In this document: positions 37,943-46,865 of the stretch, in pieces
Layout: the number at the start of each line of letters is the position of its first letter
How positions within the stretch are numbered: the first letter of the stretch is position 1
NCBI GenBank assembly: GCA_964590975.1
Contig: CAZPXP010000006.1
Location: 42,729-106,728 of the forward strand
Direction: 5' to 3'
From: an uncultured Ferruginibacter sp.
GTDB taxonomy: Bacteria; Bacteroidota; Bacteroidia; Chitinophagales; Chitinophagaceae
DNA length: 64,000 bases
Notes under the pieces: model-generated
The model's input: only the letters and a program-made list of their open reading frames with translations
What the model was told of the DNA's origin: nothing
The model's database searches: none
Made by a program: the position numbers and the translations under genes

Positions 37943-39796
37943 GTGAAAATCATACACATCATAATAACCTTAGCCTTCGTGCTGCCCGCGGGTTCCCTGC
38001 TGGGCCAGGCGCAGCACGACGTGGATTATTTTGAGCAGAAGGCAAAGGCTTTCAGCTTTAAAAAAGGTATTACGATGGGCGGATCGCTCGGGCTGAATAC
38101 GATAAACTACTACGCTTCGCAGCAACAGCAGGGCAGGAGAGACCCCTTCAACTGGTTTGCCAACGGCAGTCTCAATATTAACCTGTTTGGCCTGGATGTG
38201 CCGTTTACCTTCTCCTACTCAAATGCGAGGATGAGTTATACGCAGCCTTTTAACCGGTTCAAATTTGTGCCCCGTTACAAATGGATTAATATCATAGCGG
38301 GCACATCGAATATGACTTTTTCCAACTATACGCTTGCCGGTCACCAGTTTAACGGGTATGGTATTGAGCTTACGCCAAAAAAATGGAAGCTGCAGGCCAT
38401 GAAAGGTGTATTGAAGGAAGCGATTCCCTATACGGATATCCGTAATCCGCAGAACAATACCAATGCCTCGTTTAAGCGTGTGGGCTATGGTGCAAAACTG
38501 GGTTATGATCATAACGGGCAGTCTGCCGAGCTGATCTTCTTTAAGGCGAAAGACGATGTATCATCTATCCCCATTATTCCACCCGGTGCGCTCAATACGC
38601 CGATGGAAAATATAGTGCTGGGCTTTACTGGTAAAAAGAGGATCGGTAAAAAGATATCGGTAGATATTGAGTACGCTATTTCGGGCCTTACTACTGATCT
38701 GCGCGGCGATACAGCCAAGCGCAGTGCGTCACCCAGCTACAGCCTGCTGGCCCGTTATCTCAAGCAAACCAATACTACCCGCTACTTCGACGCTGTAAAT
38801 GCAGGCTTTGGATACACGGGCAGAAATTATGCGTTGCAGTTACGGTATGAAAGGATTGCACCGGAATACCAGACGCTTGGGGCCTACTACTTTAACAGTG
38901 ATATGGAGAACATTACCATTGCCCCCATGCTACGGCTTTTTAAGGGCAAGCTGAACCTTACGGGTAATATCGGTGTGCAGCGCAATAATCTCGATAAGCT
39001 GAAAGCCTCTACCACGAGGCGATTTGTAGGCAACCTGAATACAAATCTTATCCTTAATGATCAATGGACTGTTACAGCCGCTTACTCCAACTTCTCTACC
39101 TATACCAATATGCGTCCTAAAACAGATCCCTTTTTTCAGAATAACCTTGATACGCTGAATTTTTACCAGGTTAACCAGAATTTTAATGCAAACCTCGGGT
39201 ACAATTTTGGTAATAAGATATGGCGCCAGGGGCTGATGTTTATGGCTTCTTACCAGCGGGCGAACGACCAGTCTGCCGGTTCGGGGCCCGGCACGCTTTC
39301 AGATTTTTATTCCGGCAATCTTTCTTACAGCCTGTCCAATACAAAGAAGGGATCGAGCCTTTCTGCATCGCTTAATTACAACCTTAATAAGATGCCCGGC
39401 AACAAAGCGGTATTTTTTGGCCCTAACGTCAACCTGTCTAACAAATTTTTAAATAACCGCATTACGAGTGCTGCGGGCTTTACCTATAACAAATCGCTGG
39501 CCAACGGGATAACAAGCAACGATGTCATCAGCGGCCGCTGGAGCCTCGCGCTGATACCACCGCAAAAAAAGAAGGAAGTAAAGAATGGCAACACGGCTGC
39601 GGGTAAAGCTGATGCGGCTGAGGCGAAGACGCCCGGTGCATCGAAGGATACTATTGCAAAGAAGAAGAAACTGAGTTTTGATCCACGACATAGTGTGTCG
39701 CTGAACTTTAACTATACACAGCGCCTGAAAAACAGCATACAAAAAACAGGGCTGCGTGAAATGACGATAACGGCTAACTATATGTTTAATTTCTGA
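37943..39796 (+). CDS. Putative outer-membrane beta-barrel protein of unknown family
   Basis: GTG start 19 bp after the adhesin gene. Signal peptide MKIIHIIITLAFVLPAGSLLGQAQ. Alternating N/Y/G/S-rich amphipathic strands throughout. C-terminal OMP beta-signal ITANYMFNF (terminal Phe, alternating hydrophobics). One Lys-rich loop (PPQKKKEVKNG...IAKKKKLSF). I could not see POTRA or PorP/SprF signatures. Confidence 0.7.
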   Translation: MKIIHIIITLAFVLPAGSLLGQAQHDVDYFEQKAKAFSFKKGITMGGSLGLNTINYYASQQQQGRRDPFNWFANGSLNINLFGLDVPFTFSYSNARMSYTQPFNRFKFVPRYKWINIIAGTSNMTFSNYTLAGHQFNGYGIELTPKKWKLQAMKGVLKEAIPYTDIRNPQNNTNASFKRVGYGAKLGYDHNGQSAELIFFKAKDDVSSIPIIPPGALNTPMENIVLGFTGKKRIGKKISVDIEYAISGLTTDLRGDTAKRSASPSYSLLARYLKQTNTTRYFDAVNAGFGYTGRNYALQLRYERIAPEYQTLGAYYFNSDMENITIAPMLRLFKGKLNLTGNIGVQRNNLDKLKASTTRRFVGNLNTNLILNDQWTVTAAYSNFSTYTNMRPKTDPFFQNNLDTLNFYQVNQNFNANLGYNFGNKIWRQGLMFMASYQRANDQSAGSGPGTLSDFYSGNLSYSLSNTKKGSSLSASLNYNLNKMPGNKAVFFGPNVNLSNKFLNNRITSAAGFTYNKSLANGITSNDVISGRWSLALIPPQKKKEVKNGNTAAGKADAAEAKTPGASKDTIAKKKKLSFDPRHSVSLNFNYTQRLKNSIQKTGLREMTITANYMFNF

Positions 39797-39844
39797 AACG
39801 CTGTGCTGAACTGAAATTCGAACGCTATAAAACTAAAGGTATAT

Positions 39845-42800
39845 ATGTTAAAACATTTGCCCACTGCTGCCTTACAACGACTAACCGGGATACTTATCCT
39901 GATGCTCTCTTTTGTAAAAGGATATTCACAAACCATTTTTCCTGTACAGGCGAGCACACGTGTACTGACACCTTACTCGGTTTACCTTGCGGACTATGCC
40001 GTTAATGGTAATGATAAGTTGCAGTCGGTACTCATTAACCGGGATGCCGCGCAGACAACCTACCAGGTGATCCTGCGGCTGACAGTAAAGCTGAACGGGC
40101 AGGTGATCATGCGCAGCAAGCCTGGCTTTGCCCCCCAGCCGGTTACACTGGCGCCGCAGGTGCCGGTGATCGTGGCGGGGGCAACACTGGAACCTTATCT
40201 TAAGTCGGAGAACCTCGACTTTGTGGGATACAGCCAGGCTTTATATGAGCAGAACAGGGCCTTACCTGAAGGTTTTTATGAGATATGTTTTTCGGCTTAT
40301 GATTATTTCCGCCCCGATGTGCAGGTGAGCAATGATGGCTGTGGTTTTTATTACCTCGCAAAGAATGAGCCGCCATTGATCAACGGGCCTGCCTGCGGCA
40401 CCACCCTCGCAGCTCAGTACACCACACCCGTACGCTTTAGCTGGCTGCCGAGAAATAATGCATCGCTTAACTCTTTCAACAATACCAAATACCGCTTATA
40501 CATTTATGAGGTAAACCCCATCACAAGAAACCCGAATGATGTGGTTAACTCGGTGCCGCCGATTTTTGCAGACAGCACCCCCATCGGCCAAACCTTCTTC
40601 GACGTGATGCCCACCACTGTATTGTTTCGCGACAGCATGCTGTATGCATGGCGTGTGCAGGCTGTGGATGCGGGTGGGGTAGATATGTTTCGCAATAACG
40701 GGTTCAGCGAAGTGTGTACGTTTAAGTGGGGTGGCCCCGGCAGTACGAACGGTGCCATAGACAGTGTGCTTAACCTGAATGCGATTGCTGAATCGCCGCG
40801 GAAAGGAAAAATATGGTGGACAAAAGACAGTATTAAGTTTGACGCGTATAAAGTGTACTATAAAAAAGCGGGCAACGGGTATAACTGGTTTACCGTAGAA
40901 ACAACAAAGGATACCATACGGGTAACCGACCTGGAGCCCAATACGGAATACCAGGTAAGATTGCAGGGTAAAAAGAATGGCAGCTATGGTTTATACAGCG
41001 ACCTCCGTTATTTTAAAACACCGGCGCTGGTGCAGCGTGTATGCGGCAACGACCCGTTGCTGGACAGTTCGCTCAGCACCCGCCCTCTGACCAGCCTCAG
41101 CGTTGGTGCAATGGTGACTTATCATGAATTTGAAATAAATATCAACGAGTTTGAAGCGCTGGCTGCACCGGGTTATTATAAGATTAAGAAAGGCACAGTA
41201 GCCATTCCTTTCTTTGCTGGCCGTTTGTTTGGTCTTAGCAGTCAGTCGGTATTCATCAACGACCAGAATATTATTACACAGGGTACTGTACTGTTCGACA
41301 GCCAGGACCTGCAAAACTGGATCAACCAGCACCTTGATGATGATTTTGGCGGCAATGATGCAGGCGACGTGGAAACGGGCGATGACGGGGTGGATTACCC
41401 GCTTGATTATGCCATCAGCGGCCCCGGGGCCATCCGTCCTGTACTGCCCATTACCAATGGTGTTACCGACCTGATCATTACACGCCCCGACGGTACAAGG
41501 GACACCTTACGTAATGTAAATTTACCTACCACCATAAGAGATGTTAATGGCAATATCTATGGGGTTGACAGGGAGGGAAGGGTAACTTTTATCGGAAGGA
41601 GCGGAACCATTACAGGGCTTAATCCCGCACAGTTGAACAAGCTGAGTCTCAGCAAGGCCCGCGTAACATTTGCACCTGCTCCTGACCAGGTATATGCCTT
41701 CGACGCATGGAATGCGACCTATGCAGGGAAGTACCGTGTGGAGCGGGAATATGAAAAGCTGACAGACAGCGCCAATGCCAGCCTGCCGCCCTATTATGTG
41801 CCGAACAAAGCCATTGGTGCCACCAAGCAGGATGTGGTGCTGGCTACTGTGGCCATTACCGACCCAACCATTATTGCAGACAGTATCAAATTTGTTACCG
41901 GTAAGGGTACACAGTTTGCTGCTGCGCGTACGTCTAACCCCAACGAGTATAAGATTCAGTTGGTGGGCGGGCCTGCGAATGATGCGCAGGAGCTGTATGC
42001 GCTGTACAAGAAAGACAGCACCTGGCTGAGCTTTGGTAAACTGAAAGTGCCGGGGTATGGAGCAATTTATAAAACAGTTGTACTTGTTCCTGTAAATGGT
42101 GTGTACCTTGATGTGGCGGTTATACAACGTAAGCTCAATACTATTTATAAGCCTCTGAATATTCATATTGCAGCTACGCTGACGGAAAACTTTGAAGATA
42201 CGAGCTGGTATAAGGGAACAGATACTACGATGAATGTTACCGGTTCGGGGTTATTCAGCCAGTACACACAGGATATGAAAAACCTTTACAGATCGTATAA
42301 ACAGGAAAAGGGTGTGCAGAAGGATGTGTTGTATATTTTTATGCTGCGTAAAAGCAATGAAGAAGGTGTGGCGGGCGATATGCCCATAGGTGGACAGTTT
42401 GGCTACCTGTTTGGAGAAGAAATAGGAGCAGACACAGTCTTGCTGGGCAAGATTGCTGCGCACGAGCTTGCCCATGGCATATTCAGACTGCACCATAGTT
42501 TTGATAATCTCGTAGGACTAACCAGGGGCGCAACCGATAATCTTATGGATTACCCGGTAAACAACCGGCTGTATAAGTACCAGTGGGATCAGTTGCACGA
42601 TCCGGGAAGTATAAATGGAGTTTTTCTTAAAGATGAAGACGTTGAGTATGTTCGGGTATATGATATCTCTGAGCTGAATGACCTGAGAAACAAAACGAAC
42701 TCAAGTGTAACAAATAATACTTTTACGTTCCTGTCACCTTCAGGAAAACCCTTTACGCTACCCGCAGATATTACTTCTGTGTCGATGAGCTACGGTGATG

Positions 42801-45800
42801 AAATGGTAATAAATGGATCCAATACTCCTTCGGGATCATTGATTCCTGTTGGATCGCTTACTCACTTTACAAGTAAATCTTTAGGGAAGTTTAAATTGAA
42901 GGGAGGCGGTAATCAGGATGCTGTTGGCTATATTAAGGAGTCCAGCTATAATAAGGATATTTCGCAGCTCCAAGAGTCCGACTATTACATCGATAATATC
43001 AGCAAACTTTTCACAATCAACCACCTGATTACGGGCAGTCCTGTAATTCAATCAGGAACAGTAGTGTACAGGGTAGGTTGGCGTAATTACACAGGATCTC
43101 AGATTACGGCAGATAATAAAGGTAACGGTACTCTTACACGCGATGTACCCTGGATGACGCTGTATCCTGACAATTATAATGATCCTCCTAACATTAACCA
43201 GCCTAACGGCCTAACTAAAACCAAGTTCATTAAGGCAAACTTCTTCCCTGAGTATGGTATAGAAGCAATGGAATTTCTCAAGCTTACGCTTGAGCCCGAA
43301 ACCGTCCTTGCCCCATACTCTCTTGTATTTGCCAACCAGATTAACCAGTATCCCAATGTGTACAGTACCTGCATTACTCCACCTTTTCCAAAGGGAGTAT
43401 TCAATCTTGGTGCAGGGTTGCTTAGCCTCAAGTACAGGGAGCTTATGCAGAGAATGTATGAAAGTGGGGAGATGATAAACGAAGCCAGGTTGCTGAAATG
43501 GCAAAATTATGAAACGGCCATTAATCAGGCATTACCGGCTGCTGTATTTACCCTGCGCGATTTACAGACCAGGATGAATGGTATTAATGCTGAAGCCCTG
43601 GGAAAAAGAACGCAGGCAGAGATGGTTACTTTCTTAAAATCGCTTGACTGTAACTGCCTTTATAACCAACTCGATGTATCTACAAAGGTTCATGTTTTGA
43701 AAACGCTGTGTTCAAGCAAGGTTAACGAACGGCTGGAGGAGCGGGTATATAAAGTAATATCAACTACAAATGAAAGTGATTATCCCGAACTTCTGAGCGC
43801 CTTTGCCGCTAATAACGGAGAGGTGATCAGGCTCATCGAGAAAAACCTGGATGGTAGCGACTGGGATAATTTTGTGCAGTTTATTGCACAGGCTGTGTAT
43901 TCGATTAAGCGACCCTATCCCGACTATTCACAGTTTGTAGATCCGGTTCAGATTGCTCCAAGACCAAATAATGCCGTCTGGGAATCGAGGGAGTTCTACA
44001 GTAATGACGCCACTATCGACCGGCCTTTTGGTTCTGAAGGGTGTAAAATGACGTATGGTTCCAGCAGCCAGTTTGTAGAAGCAACGGGAAAGGTTTACTT
44101 TGAAACACGCATACATTCGGAATGTTTGCTTAACCAGAATTACACTTATTGGAATGGTACACGTATAGCGAACCTGGACTTTTATGAACTGGTTGGTTTA
44201 ACGATTTCAGAAGATGTTCAGCTTGGAAGTAAGATAAAACTGAAAAAAGGTGACCAGGTAGTTGTGCCCATAATATGGGCAATGTGGCTCAACAAAAACA
44301 TGGTGTACAAGGAAAAGCTGAAAGCAATCCGGAGCCTTGCGGATATAGTTTTGTTCTTTACGCCGGTAGGATGGGCGGGTAAATTCGCACGATTGATCAG
44401 CGTTGCCAATAAAATTATTGCAACGATAGATTTCGGCAGAACCAATTTTGAATCTGAACTAAGGGGAGCATTACAGGCGGCGGGCTTGTCTGAATCTGAT
44501 GCCGATGCCATCGTCCAGGCATGGGATAAGTTGTACGAGGGGTATAACCAGGCACAACTTGCCTACCTGGGGGCAACTGTTTTCAAAAACTTTGTCGTCA
44601 CATTCGAAAGATTAATTACATCGCCCGATAAATGGAACAAGTTCAAGTTCTATTATCTCTACAGGATGGATCAGTTGAAACAGATTCCTGCAAGACTGGA
44701 AGAACTGTACAATCAGATCCGGTCTGAAATGGGTCTGACTGCTAACGGCGTATATCAATCGGCAGGCATAGGGGTGTCATTACAGGCCATGCCTGTTGGA
44801 ATAGCTAACTGGCTGAGAACGAACAGGAGCGTACAGGGTTTTAAAAATGTAGAACACCTGTTTATCAGTGTAAATGATGCCCAGAAGCGGATGAATCTCT
44901 ATAACTATCTGCGCCTCTGGGACGATCCGGCTGACTATCTCAAATATCGTAACCTCTTTGCAAAACTGGATAAAGCACTTGATGAGAACCCGGGACTGGC
45001 GTATGACTTTGCCCTGGGTGACTGGGCCCAAACCCAGAAAATGCTCGATAAGTTTGAAGCATTTCACAGAACAGGAACGGGCAGGCTGACTTATGGGCAG
45101 ATACTGGATGCAGAGGTGAGGGGAGAATTGACGCTCACACAAAGCTTTAAAAACTACCTGGCTAAGAATGTTCCTAATTGTGTTGAGTACCTGAAATACA
45201 ATAGTGAGATTATCAGTTCGGTCAATACACTAAAACAATACTCATTAATCAAGAATACTGGTACGGCAGTAGAGGAACACTTTGGGGCTGTGCACCGGTT
45301 TACAGTTAATGGAGATTTTCTGAATATTCCTATGCGGGAGGGGGGCTTCTTCTCCTATGCACCGGTTCAGTTTGGGGAATATGAACTTAATGCTTATAAA
45401 GCTATTGTTGAGGCGATGAAAAAATGGAGACTTACCTCAAGGTCGTATGCGGGTAAAACGGTATATAGGGGCATGTCGTTCAGGCAAACTGATTTTGACC
45501 AGTTGTTTAGTCCCACCGCCACCGAGATCAAACTCAAAGGATTCCAGTCGTGCAGTAAAACAACAGCCGCACCTATGGGCTTCTGGGAATTACAGACCGG
45601 TGAGGTAAAAGTATTGTTCAAAATAAAATCAAAAGCTGGTGTTGATATCAGTGATTTCTCAGACTGGGGAGACGTGCTGGGTCCGATTAAACATGGTAGC
45701 GCCATGCCGGCTTCTGTTCGTATTCAGAAAGAAGTACTTTTGGAAGAAGGGGTGTTCAGGATAGTAAACCGTTCGGGTATAAAAACTGCCCCCAACGGCC

Positions 45801-45850
45801 AGCAGTATTATGAAATTGAGCTTGAAGAGCTTGGCCAGTCATTCAGATAA
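39845..45850 (+). CDS. 2001-aa secreted polymorphic-toxin-like protein: N-terminal beta-rich region + FN3 + central HExxH zincin motif + helical region + C-terminal ADP-ribosyltransferase (R-S-E type)
   Basis: Signal peptide LTGILILMLSFVKGYSQT. FN3 module (IWWTKDSIKFDAYKVYYKK...LEPNTEYQVRLQG). AAHELAHGIFRLHHSF at 42455-42502. C-terminus KTVYRGMSF (Arg), GFQSCSK (SxS) and VRIQKEVLLEEG (QxE), with ART-like spacing. No T9SS sorting domain at the C-terminus. Confidence 0.85.
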   Translation: MLKHLPTAALQRLTGILILMLSFVKGYSQTIFPVQASTRVLTPYSVYLADYAVNGNDKLQSVLINRDAAQTTYQVILRLTVKLNGQVIMRSKPGFAPQPVTLAPQVPVIVAGATLEPYLKSENLDFVGYSQALYEQNRALPEGFYEICFSAYDYFRPDVQVSNDGCGFYYLAKNEPPLINGPACGTTLAAQYTTPVRFSWLPRNNASLNSFNNTKYRLYIYEVNPITRNPNDVVNSVPPIFADSTPIGQTFFDVMPTTVLFRDSMLYAWRVQAVDAGGVDMFRNNGFSEVCTFKWGGPGSTNGAIDSVLNLNAIAESPRKGKIWWTKDSIKFDAYKVYYKKAGNGYNWFTVETTKDTIRVTDLEPNTEYQVRLQGKKNGSYGLYSDLRYFKTPALVQRVCGNDPLLDSSLSTRPLTSLSVGAMVTYHEFEININEFEALAAPGYYKIKKGTVAIPFFAGRLFGLSSQSVFINDQNIITQGTVLFDSQDLQNWINQHLDDDFGGNDAGDVETGDDGVDYPLDYAISGPGAIRPVLPITNGVTDLIITRPDGTRDTLRNVNLPTTIRDVNGNIYGVDREGRVTFIGRSGTITGLNPAQLNKLSLSKARVTFAPAPDQVYAFDAWNATYAGKYRVEREYEKLTDSANASLPPYYVPNKAIGATKQDVVLATVAITDPTIIADSIKFVTGKGTQFAAARTSNPNEYKIQLVGGPANDAQELYALYKKDSTWLSFGKLKVPGYGAIYKTVVLVPVNGVYLDVAVIQRKLNTIYKPLNIHIAATLTENFEDTSWYKGTDTTMNVTGSGLFSQYTQDMKNLYRSYKQEKGVQKDVLYIFMLRKSNEEGVAGDMPIGGQFGYLFGEEIGADTVLLGKIAAHELAHGIFRLHHSFDNLVGLTRGATDNLMDYPVNNRLYKYQWDQLHDPGSINGVFLKDEDVEYVRVYDISELNDLRNKTNSSVTNNTFTFLSPSGKPFTLPADITSVSMSYGDEMVINGSNTPSGSLIPVGSLTHFTSKSLGKFKLKGGGNQDAVGYIKESSYNKDISQLQESDYYIDNISKLFTINHLITGSPVIQSGTVVYRVGWRNYTGSQITADNKGNGTLTRDVPWMTLYPDNYNDPPNINQPNGLTKTKFIKANFFPEYGIEAMEFLKLTLEPETVLAPYSLVFANQINQYPNVYSTCITPPFPKGVFNLGAGLLSLKYRELMQRMYESGEMINEARLLKWQNYETAINQALPAAVFTLRDLQTRMNGINAEALGKRTQAEMVTFLKSLDCNCLYNQLDVSTKVHVLKTLCSSKVNERLEERVYKVISTTNESDYPELLSAFAANNGEVIRLIEKNLDGSDWDNFVQFIAQAVYSIKRPYPDYSQFVDPVQIAPRPNNAVWESREFYSNDATIDRPFGSEGCKMTYGSSSQFVEATGKVYFETRIHSECLLNQNYTYWNGTRIANLDFYELVGLTISEDVQLGSKIKLKKGDQVVVPIIWAMWLNKNMVYKEKLKAIRSLADIVLFFTPVGWAGKFARLISVANKIIATIDFGRTNFESELRGALQAAGLSESDADAIVQAWDKLYEGYNQAQLAYLGATVFKNFVVTFERLITSPDKWNKFKFYYLYRMDQLKQIPARLEELYNQIRSEMGLTANGVYQSAGIGVSLQAMPVGIANWLRTNRSVQGFKNVEHLFISVNDAQKRMNLYNYLRLWDDPADYLKYRNLFAKLDKALDENPGLAYDFALGDWAQTQKMLDKFEAFHRTGTGRLTYGQILDAEVRGELTLTQSFKNYLAKNVPNCVEYLKYNSEIISSVNTLKQYSLIKNTGTAVEEHFGAVHRFTVNGDFLNIPMREGGFFSYAPVQFGEYELNAYKAIVEAMKKWRLTSRSYAGKTVYRGMSFRQTDFDQLFSPTATEIKLKGFQSCSKTTAAPMGFWELQTGEVKVLFKIKSKAGVDISDFSDWGDVLGPIKHGSAMPASVRIQKEVLLEEGVFRIVNRSGIKTAPNGQQYYEIELEELGQSFR

Positions 45851-45861
45851 TGTAATGTATT

Positions 45862-46734
45862 ATGGATATTAAAAAGATGCCGGATCCACTTGATGATGTA
45901 AGCCTGGCTTACCTGATCAGTGTGCATGACCAGGAAAACAGCATGGCCTGGAGTCAGGTACATCTGCTGTTGACGGATAGCCAGTTGCGGCAGGTGCTTG
46001 ATACTGTTTCTGAAAGGAATGAGAAAATGTGGGCGGAAGAATATGCTGCAATGAGCCAGGACGAGAAAGATGATGAGTTCAGGGGCAGTGCAATTTATTA
46101 TGCAAGGGATCATAACTTCTTTACACTGAAGGATGAATATGAGATGGTTAACAGGGTGGGCAATTTTGCTACGAGCGGGATCAATTATCTTCCGGAAGCG
46201 GATGATCCGGAACTGCACAGGCGTTTGACCAGGCGGGTGGAATACATGAGTCCCGGTGAGAAATTTACTTTTTATGCAGGTGAGGATTCTTTCCTGGCTT
46301 CCTGTTTTATAAGCCCGTTTACTGTTGATGATGACCGGTTTACTTCCTTTCTGCATTACATTACTTATGAAAAAGCAAAGCTTTTCAGGGACAGGAATAT
46401 TTATGACGATATATTGAAATGTACCGATCAGAAGCGGCTGAAGGAGCTGAACCATGCAGTAAAGTACTTTATTGATATAGTGTGGGATATGATGGTGCCG
46501 AGGATTTTCAGGAAAGGCCTGCAATGCAAATTTTCGCAGAATAGTAACCTCTATAATGAGTTGCTCAATACTTCGGGTACAACGATTGTGCTGGCGGATG
46601 ATAAGGAAAAGGTATGGAGTTGCGGTTTAGGCCCTGATGATAAGCGGATCAATGACCGGAAGCAATGGACCGGTATGAATCTGATGGGAGAGTTGATTAC
46701 AGAAATCAGGAGTGAATTTACCGGAACGTACTGA
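45862..46734 (+). CDS. NADAR (YbiA/DUF1768-like) domain protein with about 130-aa N-terminal extension; putative immunity protein or antitoxin
   Basis: Starts 11 bp after the toxin stop. The C-terminal half aligns by eye with E. coli YbiA: FTFYAGEDSFLASCFISPFTVDDDRFTSFLHYITYEKAKLF / VWDMMVPRIFRKGLQCKFSQNSNLYNELLNTSGTTIVLADDKEKVWSCGLG / GMNLMGELITEIRSEF. Confidence 0.8.
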   Translation: MDIKKMPDPLDDVSLAYLISVHDQENSMAWSQVHLLLTDSQLRQVLDTVSERNEKMWAEEYAAMSQDEKDDEFRGSAIYYARDHNFFTLKDEYEMVNRVGNFATSGINYLPEADDPELHRRLTRRVEYMSPGEKFTFYAGEDSFLASCFISPFTVDDDRFTSFLHYITYEKAKLFRDRNIYDDILKCTDQKRLKELNHAVKYFIDIVWDMMVPRIFRKGLQCKFSQNSNLYNELLNTSGTTIVLADDKEKVWSCGLGPDDKRINDRKQWTGMNLMGELITEIRSEFTGTY

Positions 46735-46865
46735 TGTTAGCTATTGAACTGAATAGCCTTAAAAATGAAATAAATAATCTTTTAGCAGGGCAGGAGCAGT
46801 TTACCTGCAGCCCCGTCAAGAATATAAAAACGTGCAATCATAAAATCACATTAATCTCAAAAAAA

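Noticed and set aside
37943-39796. PorP/SprF, PorV or TpsB identity for the 617-aa barrel
   Set aside because: It is about twice the size of PorP/SprF. It lacks the N-terminal QQDPxFSQY-type PorP motif, and I saw no POTRA-like periplasmic repeat. The question is left as unknown family because by-eye inspection cannot exclude remote homology.
45808-46524. 238-aa minus-strand ORF overlapping the toxin end and the NADAR gene
   Set aside because: The opposite-strand frame has clear NADAR similarity and operon-like spacing, whereas this ORF has no recognisable features.
42600-46860. A mobile element (IS or integrase) explaining the low-GC toxin/immunity segment, and likewise for 25296-27067
   Set aside because: I found no transposase, integrase or recombinase ORF, no terminal inverted repeats and no flanking tRNA. 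Cassette exchange by homologous recombination is the more likely mechanism.
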